Source: Gammaproteobacteria bacterium
GTDB taxonomy: Bacteria; Pseudomonadota; Gammaproteobacteria; GCA-001735895
Length of the DNA stretch: 64,000 bases
Reading direction: 5' to 3'
NCBI GenBank assembly: GCA_050298595.1
Contig: JBNKUM010000062.1
Location: forward strand, 42,048 to 106,047
Shown: piece by piece, positions 41,838 to 52,605 of the stretch
Layout: each line of letters starts with the position of its first letter
Numbering within the stretch: the first letter of the stretch is position 1
Made by a program: the position numbers and the translations under genes
The notes under the pieces: model-generated
Told to the model about the DNA's origin: nothing
The model's input: the letters and a program-made list of their open reading frames with translations, nothing else
Databases searched by the model: none

Positions 41838-41967
41838 ACCTGTTTTTTAATCTAAGTCAACGAAGTCGTAAAGTGAAAATGTTTATATATTCAAATTTTT
41901 GCTTACGATGTGAGACCATGTACAATCATGGGCTTTAAACCTGATATTTTTCCAATCATTCTCTAAT

Positions 41968-42840
41968 ATGTTCCCAGAAGGTGTAAATAAATACCTCAGT
42001 GATACTCGAATTATATTTACTTCGACAATATTACTGATGGCTATAGCCGCTTATCAGCTGTCTTTAGTGGTATGGAAAATTATTCCTCAGCCCGATGTGG
42101 GAAATAGTATAATTCTGCCTCAGAAATCATCAGGACAGGGAGTTCAGGCTGGTGTTCCAACTAGCCAAAAGGTCAGGGAAATTATCAGCAAAAATATTTA
42201 TGGTCAGGTGCAGCAGCAGGTAAATACCAAAGTTGTTGTGGAAGATGCACCTAAAAGTTCTTTAAGCTACAAGCTAAGAGGTGTTTATTATTCAGCCGAT
42301 GAGTCGCTGGCTTCTATCATTCTCCAGAAAAACAGTAACACCACCAGATTTTATCGATTGGGTGACGAGATTGATAAGAACATATTTATTCATCAAATAC
42401 AGCCCAATCATGTGATAATTTCTCGCTTGGGCAAGCTTGAGAAGCTGGTACTTGAAAAGCCAGAGTTAGATTTGAAAAAGCTTGCTACTGATCGTGGCCG
42501 ACCACTTAATAATTTGCCGACTTCTCCTGCAAGTGTGGTGTTGCAGAGTTATCGTAGAAGGTATTCTAACAACCCTATGGCTCTGGCCAGGCGCTTTCAG
42601 GCGATACCCGTACAGGAAAATGGTAAGAACGTCGGCTACAAGTTGAAGGCGTTGCGTGGCGAACAATTATTGAAAAAGTTAAATTTACAGGATGATGATG
42701 TTTTTGTTGCGATCAATGGAATTGGTCTGGATAAGCCGTTTCAGGCTTTAGATGCCTTGAAATCTTTAACTACTGCTAAAGATGTTTCTCTGACTGTTAT
42801 ACGAAATGGTAACAGAGAGACTCTGGATTTTAATTTATAA
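41968..42840 (+). CDS. gspC: Type II secretion protein C (with PDZ domain)
   Basis: N-terminal TM, HR domain (LRGVY..A..I), PDZ (DVFVAING..RNG); first gene of the gsp operon. Confidence 0.85.
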   Translation: MFPEGVNKYLSDTRIIFTSTILLMAIAAYQLSLVVWKIIPQPDVGNSIILPQKSSGQGVQAGVPTSQKVREIISKNIYGQVQQQVNTKVVVEDAPKSSLSYKLRGVYYSADESLASIILQKNSNTTRFYRLGDEIDKNIFIHQIQPNHVIISRLGKLEKLVLEKPELDLKKLATDRGRPLNNLPTSPASVVLQSYRRRYSNNPMALARRFQAIPVQENGKNVGYKLKALRGEQLLKKLNLQDDDVFVAINGIGLDKPFQALDALKSLTTAKDVSLTVIRNGNRETLDFNL

Positions 42841-44771
42841 TGGCTATGGATTTTTCGTTGGTCAGGTTGATTTCACCTATGTTTTTTCGCTGTCTTGTAT
42901 TTGTTACGGCCTTGTTTGTAACCACGTTTTCTTATGCAGAGGATGTAACTCTGAATTTTAGTGACGCTGATCTGACCGCCGTGGTCAATAGCGTTTCTCA
43001 TATCACCGGAAAAAATTTCATTATTGATCCTCGCGTTAAAGGAAAGGTCACCGTTATTTCGTCTAAACCGCTAAACGAGGATGAAGTCTATAACGTGTTC
43101 CTGTCTATTCTGCAGGTTCATGGGTTTGCCACGGTACCAACGAAAAATGCCATTAAAATTATTCCTGATGCTGCAGCGAAACAGGATTCAGCACCGGTAG
43201 TCAATTCATCTTATGCCAGTAATGATCAACTGGTGACCCAGGTGATCGAGGTAAATAATGTCAATGCAACTCAACTGGTTCCGATATTGCGCCCGCTGGT
43301 TGCTCAGCAGGGTCATTTGGCAGCTTACGCACAAACTAATGTCCTAATCGTTTCGGATCGTGCATCCAATATCAAACGCGTTTTGAAGATCATTAAGCAG
43401 GTTGATAAAAAGGTCGATGAAGAACTTGAAGTTGTTAAATTAGAACATGCCTTTGCCGCAGAAGTGGTTCGACTGTTAAGCGGTTTGAGCAGTGGCGATA
43501 CGCCTCAAAATAAGGGAGCAGCGCCATCAATAAAATTTACTGCTGATGAGAGAACCAATAGTGTCCTACTTAGCGGGGAGAAGAATTTACGTCGCAAATA
43601 TCGCTCAATTATCACCAAATTAGATAGGCCGGTGGAGTCTACTGGAGACATTCACGTTGTTTATTTGCGTTATGCAAGTGCAGAAAACATTGCCAAAATT
43701 TTAGGTAGTGTTGGTAAGGATGTGTTGAATGCACAAAAGAAAAATGCCGATGTGTCAAAGTCTTCAGGGGATACTGCTGTAAATATTCAGGCTGATGAGG
43801 TTTCTAATGCTCTGGTGATTACTGCCCCTATGTCCATTTTTAAATCCCTCAGGACTGTCATTCAGCAACTGGATATTCCGCGTGCACAGGTGCATATAGA
43901 AGCAATCATTGCAGAAGTTTCTATGAATGCGTCGAATGAACTCGGTGTGCAATGGTTGATTGATGACACATCAACTAATGGGCCCGCCTTAGCAACTAAC
44001 TTTTCGGGAACTGGTTCCAGCATAACCTCAATTGCAGCCGGTGTTGCATCCGGTTCGGGTGCTAGTGTAGGGGAAGGTCTTTCTCTCGCGCTTGGCAGGA
44101 TTGGAGAGTCATCGCTTGATTTTGTAACTTTGATCAGAGCGTTAGCTGGAGATTCAGATAATAACCTGCTGTCAACACCTTCAATTGTCACGCTCGATAA
44201 TCAGGAGGCAGAGTTTATTGTGGGTCAAAATGTGCCTTTCATTACAGGTGAATATACGACTTCAACTTCCGGAACTTCAAGTTCTAACCCATTTAGAACC
44301 GTCGAAAGAAAGGATGTGGGTATTAGTCTTAAGGTTAAGCCACAGATCAATGAAGGGAATACCATTACCATGGAAATTGCACAGGAGGTTTCTAATCTGG
44401 ATGGAGCAAGCACTGGGGTCGATGTCATCACCAGTAAACGGTCATTGAAAACGATGGTGCAGTTACAGGATGGTGAGCTGTTGATTCTTGGTGGACTGAT
44501 AGACGATACCCTGGTTGAAAGACAACAGAAAGTGCCGGGGCTTGGTGACATCCCTATCTTAGGAGCCTTATTTCGGTCATCGACTATGGAGAAGACTAAG
44601 CGTAATTTAATGATTTTTTTACGCGCCAGCATTATCAAAGATCCAGAAAAGGCACGTAACCTGAGTTATAAAAAATATAACTCGCTGAGAGATTACCAAT
44701 TGCTGCGAGCTGAGGAAAATGGCAACAATCCTCCAGTGCTCGAACAAATTCAATTATATAGTGATCAATAA
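42840..44771 (+). CDS. gspD: Type II secretion secretin D
   Basis: LNFSDAD, FIIDPRVKGKV, LDIPRAQVHIEA, KVPGLGDIP, KRNLMIF. Confidence 0.95.
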   Translation: MAMDFSLVRLISPMFFRCLVFVTALFVTTFSYAEDVTLNFSDADLTAVVNSVSHITGKNFIIDPRVKGKVTVISSKPLNEDEVYNVFLSILQVHGFATVPTKNAIKIIPDAAAKQDSAPVVNSSYASNDQLVTQVIEVNNVNATQLVPILRPLVAQQGHLAAYAQTNVLIVSDRASNIKRVLKIIKQVDKKVDEELEVVKLEHAFAAEVVRLLSGLSSGDTPQNKGAAPSIKFTADERTNSVLLSGEKNLRRKYRSIITKLDRPVESTGDIHVVYLRYASAENIAKILGSVGKDVLNAQKKNADVSKSSGDTAVNIQADEVSNALVITAPMSIFKSLRTVIQQLDIPRAQVHIEAIIAEVSMNASNELGVQWLIDDTSTNGPALATNFSGTGSSITSIAAGVASGSGASVGEGLSLALGRIGESSLDFVTLIRALAGDSDNNLLSTPSIVTLDNQEAEFIVGQNVPFITGEYTTSTSGTSSSNPFRTVERKDVGISLKVKPQINEGNTITMEIAQEVSNLDGASTGVDVITSKRSLKTMVQLQDGELLILGGLIDDTLVERQQKVPGLGDIPILGALFRSSTMEKTKRNLMIFLRASIIKDPEKARNLSYKKYNSLRDYQLLRAEENGNNPPVLEQIQLYSDQ

Positions 44772-44808
44772 ATGTGATGGTATTTACTAAAGAGGATAAT
44801 TGATCATC

Positions 44809-46290
44809 ATGGAACAAAAATCAGCATTGTCTTACGCTTTTTCCAAAAAGTTTGGTGTGTTATTTCGCCCTAACGAAGATTCACAGGCTGTGAGCGGACA
44901 GACACTGGCATTAAAAAAAGAGGCGACAATAAGCGCTTTTATCGAAGCACAGAGAGTACATGGCGTTGTACATAACTTATCTCTTATTTCTGACCAGGAA
45001 TTTAATGATGAGATTAGTCGCCAGTTTGAACTTTCCTCAAATAATTCAATTTTAACCAATGAACAATTGGGTGGTGAGCTGAATTTAAAGGATGTTGCCC
45101 GAGAATTATCCGAACCGGAAGATTTACTGGAAAGTGATGATGATGCGCCCATAATCCGTTTGATTAATGCATTGATTACTGAAGCTATCAAGGAAAATGC
45201 ATCGGATATTCATGTTGAACCCTTCGAAACACGTCTTTGTATTCGCTTTCGTATAGACGGCGTATTGCGTGAGGTTATAGAGCCACCCAGACAGGTAGCT
45301 GGTTTGTTGGTCTCTCGTATCAAGGTTATGGCAAAACTGGATATTGCAGAAAAACGCTTGCCTCAGGATGGTCGTATTGCCTTACGTATCGCGGGCCGTC
45401 CAGTGGATATCCGTGTTTCAACGTTGCCATCAGGTCATGGTGAACGTGTTGTAATGCGACTTCTCGATAAACAGGCCGGTCGATTAAATCTGCGGCATCT
45501 GGGGATGGGGGATGACGATGAAAAACGCCTGAGAAAAATGATCCAGAAGCCGCATGGTATTATTCTGGTTACTGGCCCAACTGGCTCAGGTAAAACCACT
45601 ACTCTATATGCTGTATTAAGCGCCTTAAACAATAGTAAACGCAACATTTTAACAGTAGAAGATCCTATTGAATATGACCTGGATGGTATCGGCCAAACAC
45701 CGGTAAATGCCAAGGTCAATATGACCTTTGCCAAGGGTTTGAGAGCGATTCTACGTCAGGATCCGGATGTGGTCATGGTGGGTGAGATTCGCGATGGCGA
45801 AACGGCACAAATCGCTGTTCAGGCGAGTTTGACCGGTCACCTGGTATTGTCCACTTTGCACACCAATTCAGCGGTTGGTGCAATAACCCGCTTGCAGGAT
45901 ATGGGGATTGAGCCATTCCTGCTGTCCTCCAGTTTACTGGGCATTATGTCCCAGCGTCTAGTGCGTAATTTATGCCCAGATTGTAAACAACCCATGCCTT
46001 TGTCTGATGAAGAAAAAATAAAGTATTCCATATCTGACACTGATACGGTTTTCCAACCTGCAGGATGTAATAGCTGCTTGCAGTTAGGATATAAAGGGCG
46101 CTCGGGGATTTATGAATTGATCGATATCGATAGTCAGTTAGCGACCATGATTCACGACCAGGAGAGCCAGCAAAATATTGAAACCTATTGCCGTTCTCAA
46201 TCCGGTGGTATTGTTAATGATGGTTTACGTAAGGTGAAGTTAGGGATCACCTCGTTGGATGAGGTTTTTCGTGTTACACGTGAAGTTTAG
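44809..46290 (+). CDS. gspE: Type II secretion ATPase E
   Basis: ASDIHVEP, RLPQDGR, GPTGSGKTT, LRQDPD, CPDC/CNSC. Confidence 0.96.
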   Translation: MEQKSALSYAFSKKFGVLFRPNEDSQAVSGQTLALKKEATISAFIEAQRVHGVVHNLSLISDQEFNDEISRQFELSSNNSILTNEQLGGELNLKDVARELSEPEDLLESDDDAPIIRLINALITEAIKENASDIHVEPFETRLCIRFRIDGVLREVIEPPRQVAGLLVSRIKVMAKLDIAEKRLPQDGRIALRIAGRPVDIRVSTLPSGHGERVVMRLLDKQAGRLNLRHLGMGDDDEKRLRKMIQKPHGIILVTGPTGSGKTTTLYAVLSALNNSKRNILTVEDPIEYDLDGIGQTPVNAKVNMTFAKGLRAILRQDPDVVMVGEIRDGETAQIAVQASLTGHLVLSTLHTNSAVGAITRLQDMGIEPFLLSSSLLGIMSQRLVRNLCPDCKQPMPLSDEEKIKYSISDTDTVFQPAGCNSCLQLGYKGRSGIYELIDIDSQLATMIHDQESQQNIETYCRSQSGGIVNDGLRKVKLGITSLDEVFRVTREV

Positions 46291-46307
46291 TTTCAGGGAG
46301 CAGAATT

Positions 46308-47519
46308 TTGGCGGCCTATGAATACCTTGCTTTTGATCTCAAAGGTTCTCGTAAAAAGGGACTGATTGAGGCTGATACCGAAAAACAGGCTCGGCAACAG
46401 ATACGAGGAATGGGGCTGTCTCCAGTTGAGTTGGAGGTTGTGTCTCAACAGCAGGATAACAAGTCGGGCAAAACCCGACGCGATAAAATCTCAGTTGCCA
46501 CGCTGTCGTTGATAACCCGTCAGTTATCGACCCTGATCAGCGCAGGGCAGCCCATTGAATCAGCCATTCATGCTGTCTCAAAGCAAACCAATAAAGCACA
46601 GGCTGGCAAAGTATTACTGTCTATCCGCTCCCGTGTATTGGAAGGCTATGCCTTATCAGAGGCTTTACGTGATTTCCCTCGCGTTTTTGATGCGATGTAC
46701 TGTGCCTCGGTTCATGCGGGTGAGCAATCTGGGTTGCTCGATGTGGTTATGGAGCGATTAGCCGATTTTATGGAATCACGCCAATCACTACAGCAAAAAA
46801 CCAAGCTAGCCCTGATCTATCCCATATTACTTACTGTGGTTTCACTGTTATTGGTGAGTGGGCTATTGACCTTTGTTGTGCCACAGATTATTCAGGTGTT
46901 TGAGGGTTTTGATCAGGAGTTGCCTGTTATTACTCAGGTATTGATTCATGTGTCAGATTTCTTTAAAGCTTATGGGCTACAGTTGATTGTATCCATAATG
47001 CTGTTTTCTGTAGCTTACTCGAGGCTGATGCAAATTCGTGTGCTGAAAGAACTCAGAGATCGTTTTTACCTCAAATTACCGATGATTAGTTATCTGGTTC
47101 GTTTATCCAATACCTCACGTTTTACACGTACTATGAGCATACTGGTATCCAGTGGCGTACCGGCCCTGGATGCAATGAATATTTCAACCGAGGTACTGAG
47201 TAATAGTCTGATCAACCACAGTGTACAACTGGCTGCGGAGAGTGTACGCGAGGGAGCCAGTATCTCTGAGGCATTAACCAAGACGGGTTATTTCAGTCCC
47301 CTGGTGATCCAGTTGATCTCAAATGGTGAGGCAGGCGGTAAGCTGGGCGAGATGCTGGAGAGATCAGCCAAGGCGGAAGAGAGTGAGTTTGAGAGTATCA
47401 CTGCTGTTTTTCTGGGTGTTTTCGAGCCAGCAATGATTCTGGTGATGGGTGGTGCTGTACTGGTTATTGTATTGGCTATCCTGTTACCGATCTTTGATAT
47501 GAATGACTTGATTCAGTAA
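46308..47519 (+). CDS. gspF: Type II secretion inner membrane protein F
   Basis: RQLSTL, AGEQSG, ALIYP, GEAGG.L, EP. Confidence 0.95.
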   Translation: MAAYEYLAFDLKGSRKKGLIEADTEKQARQQIRGMGLSPVELEVVSQQQDNKSGKTRRDKISVATLSLITRQLSTLISAGQPIESAIHAVSKQTNKAQAGKVLLSIRSRVLEGYALSEALRDFPRVFDAMYCASVHAGEQSGLLDVVMERLADFMESRQSLQQKTKLALIYPILLTVVSLLLVSGLLTFVVPQIIQVFEGFDQELPVITQVLIHVSDFFKAYGLQLIVSIMLFSVAYSRLMQIRVLKELRDRFYLKLPMISYLVRLSNTSRFTRTMSILVSSGVPALDAMNISTEVLSNSLINHSVQLAAESVREGASISEALTKTGYFSPLVIQLISNGEAGGKLGEMLERSAKAEESEFESITAVFLGVFEPAMILVMGGAVLVIVLAILLPIFDMNDLIQ

Positions 47520-47521
47520 GC

Positions 47522-48112
47522 ATGTCGCCACGTCAGTTACAGTGGGTTCCAGTATTGATATTGGTTATGGTAATGCTTGTATTTCAACTCATTGGGCCGG
47601 AGCTTTTACGTTACGATACCGCGCTAATACATCAACAGCAGTGGTGGCGATTTTTGACAGGTCACTGGGTGCATGCCAACTGGGTGCATTATGCATTAAA
47701 TATGACGGGGTTTGTTCTGTGTGTTGCACTCACTGAAACTGGATGGAAACTCGTTCAATGGATTTTGCGGATACTACTATTGGCATTGGGTATATCCATT
47801 GCGTTCTGGTTGTTGCAACCCAAAATGGGCTGGTACGTTGGATTTTCCGGCGTATTGTTTGGTCTATACGTTTTGTGTGCAATTACCTCCTGGCCACAAC
47901 AGAAGGTCATGTCATCAATTTTGTTAAGTATTATTGCTCTAAAATTAATATTAGATTTATGGTCATCTGTTAAAATCACCTCTGATGAACTGATCGGTAT
48001 ACCGGTGCTGGTTGAAGCTCATTTGTATGGGGTGATTACAGCACTTATCATAGAAATGTTTTTTTTATCGATTAAATTACTACCTTTTACTAAACAGACA
48101 GGAAATTCATGA
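47522..48112 (+). CDS. rrtA: Rhombosortase (GlyGly-CTERM-processing rhomboid protease)
   Basis: WWRFLTGHWVH...H..LN, YVGFSGVLFG (catalytic Ser), EAHLYG (catalytic His). Confidence 0.85.
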   Translation: MSPRQLQWVPVLILVMVMLVFQLIGPELLRYDTALIHQQQWWRFLTGHWVHANWVHYALNMTGFVLCVALTETGWKLVQWILRILLLALGISIAFWLLQPKMGWYVGFSGVLFGLYVLCAITSWPQQKVMSSILLSIIALKLILDLWSSVKITSDELIGIPVLVEAHLYGVITALIIEMFFLSIKLLPFTKQTGNS

Positions 48113-48540
48113 TTAAGCGTCAATCTGGTTTTACCCTTTTAGAGATTATTGTTGTTATCACTATTATCGCAATACTTGCCGCCTATATTGCACCCAAAGT
48201 GGCCGGGCGTGCAGATGATGCACGTATCAGTAAAGTTAAGAATGATATACAGGTGCTGGAGTCAGCGCTGGAACTTTATCGCCTGGATAACTTCACCTAT
48301 CCCTCTACAGAGCAGGGCTTACAGGCACTGGTTACTCAGCCGAGCGAAGAAGTTAAAAACTGGAAATCGGGTGGCTATGTCAAAAAGCTGCGTAAAGATC
48401 CATGGGGCAACGACTATCAGTATGCTAAACCCGGTCGTGAAGGAGCTGAAATAGAGATATTTTCCTTTGCAGCTGATGGCAAGGAAGGTGGAACGGGTTC
48501 GGATGCTGATATCGGTACCTGGAATCTAGATTCCCTTTAA
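48109..48540 (+). CDS. gspG: Major pseudopilin G
   Basis: GFTLLE, LYRLDNFTYPSTEQGLQAL, DPWG. Confidence 0.96.
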   Translation: MIKRQSGFTLLEIIVVITIIAILAAYIAPKVAGRADDARISKVKNDIQVLESALELYRLDNFTYPSTEQGLQALVTQPSEEVKNWKSGGYVKKLRKDPWGNDYQYAKPGREGAEIEIFSFAADGKEGGTGSDADIGTWNLDSL

Positions 48541-48549
48541 GCCAAAATC

Positions 48550-49062
48550 ATGAAAACGCAGCGCGGCTTCACTATTCTTGAAATTCTGGTAGTGGTGGCC
48601 GTAATCTCGATCATTACGTCTACGATATTATTGAATACCAATTTAAGTCGTCCAGAAGAAGCGCTTAAGCAACATATCAGTCGTGTGAGTAAGACACTCA
48701 AGATGTTAATGCAGGAAGCCATTCTGAATGATGTCAATTACGCCCTGTCTCTGGTTCCCGGTGGTTATCTTGTGCTTGAATTTACAGGTGAAGAATTTGT
48801 AGCCAGTGAAGATAAGTTCCTGAAAAAACTGGCAAATCAGTATTCTTATAGCGACGAACTGATCATTAACAATCAGATTGTAAAAGTCGAAAAAAAGGGA
48901 AAAGACGAAAAACCTGATCCACATATACTTATCTTATCCAGCGGTGAAATGACACCTTTTGAATGGCATGTTTCAGATCAGAAAAATGAATTAAATAGTG
49001 TCATCAAAGGGAATATGCTGGGTGATATCAGTAGCGAAGGCCCGGCGGTGTCGCTTAAATGA
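48550..49062 (+). CDS. gspH: Minor pseudopilin H
   Basis: GFTILE, PHILILSSGEMTPF. Confidence 0.9.
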   Translation: MKTQRGFTILEILVVVAVISIITSTILLNTNLSRPEEALKQHISRVSKTLKMLMQEAILNDVNYALSLVPGGYLVLEFTGEEFVASEDKFLKKLANQYSYSDELIINNQIVKVEKKGKDEKPDPHILILSSGEMTPFEWHVSDQKNELNSVIKGNMLGDISSEGPAVSLK

Positions 49063-49427
49063 ATCGCCAGTTCAGTAGCGGCTTTACTCTTATAGAGATC
49101 ATGGTGGCTTTAGCCATCATCACTATAACGCTGGGTGCAATTATAGAAAATACAACGGCTGCCAATATCAACGCGCAATATCTACGCGACAAAACCGTCG
49201 CTGGCTGGATTGCGATGAATCAAATCTCTCTGGTTCGAGCGAAGAGGCAATGGAGCAGTGCCTCAAGCAAATCGGGCGAAGTAGAGATGGCCGGACAACA
49301 ATGGCAGTGGAAAATTAATTTTGTTAAAACAGATGATGCGAATATTCGGCGCTTGAATGTTCAGGTTTTTAAACTTGATGATGAAAAACCGGTTGTGACG
49401 ATGTCGGGATTTATGGGTAATCTGTGA
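49059..49427 (+). CDS. gspI: Minor pseudopilin I
   Basis: GFTLIE, AGWIAMN, MAGQQWQW. Confidence 0.92.
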   Translation: MNRQFSSGFTLIEIMVALAIITITLGAIIENTTAANINAQYLRDKTVAGWIAMNQISLVRAKRQWSSASSKSGEVEMAGQQWQWKINFVKTDDANIRRLNVQVFKLDDEKPVVTMSGFMGNL

Positions 49428-50032
49428 AAAAGGTACGTAACTTAGTCACTGGTTTCACCTTGTTTGAAGTGCTGATCGCCGTGAGCATATTCGCCCTGAT
49501 TAGCACCATTGCGATGACTAATCTTATTCAGGTTGGTCGAGCAGGAGAAAGAATCAGTAACGCTCAGCAACGCCTGTCCGATATCCAGTTTGCGATGGCC
49601 TATATGGCAAAGGATATGACGCAGATGATCAACCGTAAAGTTCGCGATCAATATGGCGATGAGCAGAATCAATTTGTGCTGTCAGATAATGTGCTTCAGT
49701 TTACCCATACAGGTTGGGCGAACCTGTTGCAGCAAACTCGTAGCCAACTTCAACGTGTAGCGTACCGGCTGGAAGATGAAAAGCTATTACGAGAATACTG
49801 GCTACAACTCGATCAAGGGTATACTTCTAAACCTATTCAACAGTCATTACTTGATGGAGTAGAAAAATTTGAAGTTCGGTTAATCACAACGGGTAATGAT
49901 AAACTCGAAGCCTGGCCACCTGACGTGGGGGCAGCTTCTACGTCGCCTCCAGTTGCGGTTGAGGTTTCTATCGAAATGAAAGATTTTGGTCTGGTGAGTC
50001 GCGTCTATGAGGTCAGCAATGTGTTTGATTAG
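49424..50032 (+). CDS. gspJ: Minor pseudopilin J
   Basis: GFTLFE, DMTQ...R, GWAN..RSQLQRVAY. Confidence 0.92.
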   Translation: MKKVRNLVTGFTLFEVLIAVSIFALISTIAMTNLIQVGRAGERISNAQQRLSDIQFAMAYMAKDMTQMINRKVRDQYGDEQNQFVLSDNVLQFTHTGWANLLQQTRSQLQRVAYRLEDEKLLREYWLQLDQGYTSKPIQQSLLDGVEKFEVRLITTGNDKLEAWPPDVGAASTSPPVAVEVSIEMKDFGLVSRVYEVSNVFD

Positions 50033-50936
50033 CCCCCGCAAACAACGAGGTATCGCGCTAATCATGGCAATGCTGGTCGTTGCTATTGCTGCAGTAACGG
50101 CTGTTTCACTGGTACATGAGCAGTCTTTCAGTGTACGTAAGACATCTAATTTGCAACATTATGATACCGGCTTGTTGTATGGCGTGGGTCTTGAAGATTA
50201 TGCAAGGCTATTCCTTAAGAAGGATGCAAAAGACTCCAAAATTGATCACCTGGGCGAAGACTGGGCCATAGGTATTCCTGCATTACCGATTGATGGGGGC
50301 TTTTTATCTGGTTCTATCCAGGATGCACAGGGATTACTAAACATTAATAACCTGTTAACCAATGTAGCATCACGCCAGCAGTTGACTCTGCTATGTAAGA
50401 ATCAAGATGTGAATCCGGATTTTGTGCCAGCTTTAATTGACTGGATTGACCAAAATACTGAAGCAGAGGTTCCTGATGGTGCCGAAGACGACTATTATAC
50501 TGCTCTTGATGTTCCCTACCGTACTGCGAATCGACCTATGGCTGATATCAGTGAATTGAAGTTGATAAAGGGTGTTGATAAAGAGATGTATATAAAACTG
50601 AAACCCTTTTTGACAGCATTACCGGAAAAGACAGCTTTGAACTTGAATACTATTCCTGGAGACATATTCGATACACTGGGACTGGGTAAAACCAGTCAGG
50701 AATTTATCGAGGAGCGTGATAAGGATGCGTTTAGTAGTTTGGAAGACTTCGCTACTCGTTTGAATATCGTTCTTGATGAGAAGCAGAAAGAATATCTATC
50801 GGTTTCTACGTCTTACTTTCTAGCCTCTGGTGTAGTGACTTTAGGCGAAAAATCAATAACTTTAAATTCTTTGATATACAGAGATAAAAACGGGCTATCG
50901 AAAGTATTAACGCGAAGCCTGGGTAGTTTTTTATGA
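50019..50936 (+). CDS. gspK: Minor pseudopilin K (exact start uncertain)
   Basis: QRGIALI (no Glu5), DHLGEDWA, DWIDQN..GAE, LNLNT. Confidence 0.92.
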   Translation: MCLISPRKQRGIALIMAMLVVAIAAVTAVSLVHEQSFSVRKTSNLQHYDTGLLYGVGLEDYARLFLKKDAKDSKIDHLGEDWAIGIPALPIDGGFLSGSIQDAQGLLNINNLLTNVASRQQLTLLCKNQDVNPDFVPALIDWIDQNTEAEVPDGAEDDYYTALDVPYRTANRPMADISELKLIKGVDKEMYIKLKPFLTALPEKTALNLNTIPGDIFDTLGLGKTSQEFIEERDKDAFSSLEDFATRLNIVLDEKQKEYLSVSTSYFLASGVVTLGEKSITLNSLIYRDKNGLSKVLTRSLGSFL

Positions 50937-52126
50937 ATAAAAATCGAATTCTTTTTCATGACTCCAACCTGCAACGTTTTGACTGGTGCAGGATTGATTC
51001 TGAATCCGCGCAAATACAGACTGGACATGCCGAAGTTGAGCAGTTAGGTCGAATTTTCCCGCAAGGCACTCTAGTTACGGTTTTTCTCCCTCAGCAAATG
51101 ATTTTGCAGACTTCTGCTCAAATGCCACCAAGGGCCAATAAACAACAGCTCAATGCAATTTCATACGCAATTGAGGATCAACTTGCTGAAGACATCGAAA
51201 ACTGTTTCTTTGCAATACTCCCTCAACGGGAGGATGGCTCGGTTCCAGTAGCTGTTATTGATCAAAATAAAATGGATGAAATTAGTGCACTTATAGCTGA
51301 ATATCATCTACAGGTTCGACTGATATTACCCCAGATGTATTTATGTCCCAAGCCTGATGACGCCTCTGTAATTGCTACAGTTTGCTCGATACGGCAAGGT
51401 TTTCTGGTGCGTACAGCAGAACATGAAGGTTTTTATTGTGAAGCATCCGTATTGCCTCAGATATTAAAGTTGGTTTCCAGGCATTCCGAACAAAAAGTTC
51501 AGCAGGTTATCTGTTTTGGTAGTTTGCCAGAGCAGCTCGATATTACTGATGTTGAAATTATTGGTCAGCCGCAACTAGATTTACTCACTCAGGATGTGGT
51601 TGAATCTGGTTGTCTTAATCTGAAACAGAAAAAATACGAAAGCTCGCATCAATGGATAGCCATCCTGCGCCGATGGAAATGGCCAGCCCTTGTGTTGTTA
51701 TTACTGATGTTTATATTTATTTCAGATGCTGTTATCGATTTATGGCAACAAAAGAATTTACTCAATACTCTGGTTCAACAACAGAATGCTTTGCTGAAAC
51801 AAAAACTACCCGAACTGGCTGATTCAGATAATCCTCGCTCAGAATTAACCAAATACCTGGCTGATCACAGGGGCGGATCTGAACAGAAGGGTTTTCTTGA
51901 CCAGTTATATGAGTTCGTGCGTTTGAAAGAGGGGTTAACACAGCTTAATACCGGAAAAATTCAATTTCAGAAGTTCAGCTTGATTGTTGATCTTGAAAGT
52001 AAAGACCTGAAGTCACTTGAGTCTCTTAGAGCAAAACTCGGAACGTCCAGTTTTAAGGCTCGTATCGATAATGTCAATATCAACCCAGAAAAGACAACTG
52101 GGCGTCTGATTATGGAGGAACGCTAA
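50933..52126 (+). CDS. gspL: Type II secretion protein L
   Basis: YAIEDQLAEDIE actin-like cytoplasmic domain, NLKQ, single TM; operon position. Confidence 0.85.
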   Translation: MNKNRILFHDSNLQRFDWCRIDSESAQIQTGHAEVEQLGRIFPQGTLVTVFLPQQMILQTSAQMPPRANKQQLNAISYAIEDQLAEDIENCFFAILPQREDGSVPVAVIDQNKMDEISALIAEYHLQVRLILPQMYLCPKPDDASVIATVCSIRQGFLVRTAEHEGFYCEASVLPQILKLVSRHSEQKVQQVICFGSLPEQLDITDVEIIGQPQLDLLTQDVVESGCLNLKQKKYESSHQWIAILRRWKWPALVLLLLMFIFISDAVIDLWQQKNLLNTLVQQQNALLKQKLPELADSDNPRSELTKYLADHRGGSEQKGFLDQLYEFVRLKEGLTQLNTGKIQFQKFSLIVDLESKDLKSLESLRAKLGTSSFKARIDNVNINPEKTTGRLIMEER

Positions 52127-52605
52127 TGAGAACCTGGTGGGAAGGAATTAGTCTGCGCGAACGCTTGATTGTGATTGTCGCCAGTATTGCTGTGTTCTAT
52201 GTATTACTGGACCTCATTCTTATCCAGCCAGTTCTGGGCCAACGGCAGCAATTGATAGAGGATGTTGCACAGGCGAGAGAAGATTTAGCCTGGATTCAGC
52301 AGGCCGTCCAAAAAATACCTTCAGGGAGTAACAGCGCTGCTAAAGCCTTAAAGGGAAGTATCGCTACCTATGTTGATGGACAGATTACACGCTCAGGTTT
52401 AAAGAAAAACTTGCAGCAAATGACTCCGATTTTGAAACACTCGGTTCGGGTACGTTTATCGGATGTAGATTTTAATAAATTACTTAATTTCCTGCTTGCG
52501 CTAGAGGCTTCAATAGAAATCGAAGAAGTACGAATCCTGCCGCAATCTAACTCAGGTGTTGTTAACGCGAGCCTGGTGCTGAAAAATTCCAATGCTACGT
52601 CATGA
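52126..52605 (+). CDS. gspM: Type II secretion protein M
   Basis: WW...RER + TM, VDFNKLL, GVVNA. Confidence 0.85.
   Translation: MRTWWEGISLRERLIVIVASIAVFYVLLDLILIQPVLGQRQQLIEDVAQAREDLAWIQQAVQKIPSGSNSAAKALKGSIATYVDGQITRSGLKKNLQQMTPILKHSVRVRLSDVDFNKLLNFLLALEASIEIEEVRILPQSNSGVVNASLVLKNSNATS

Noticed and set aside
41538-41938. Three short ORFs
   Set aside because: Overlap the tRNA-Ala and tRNA-Glu genes
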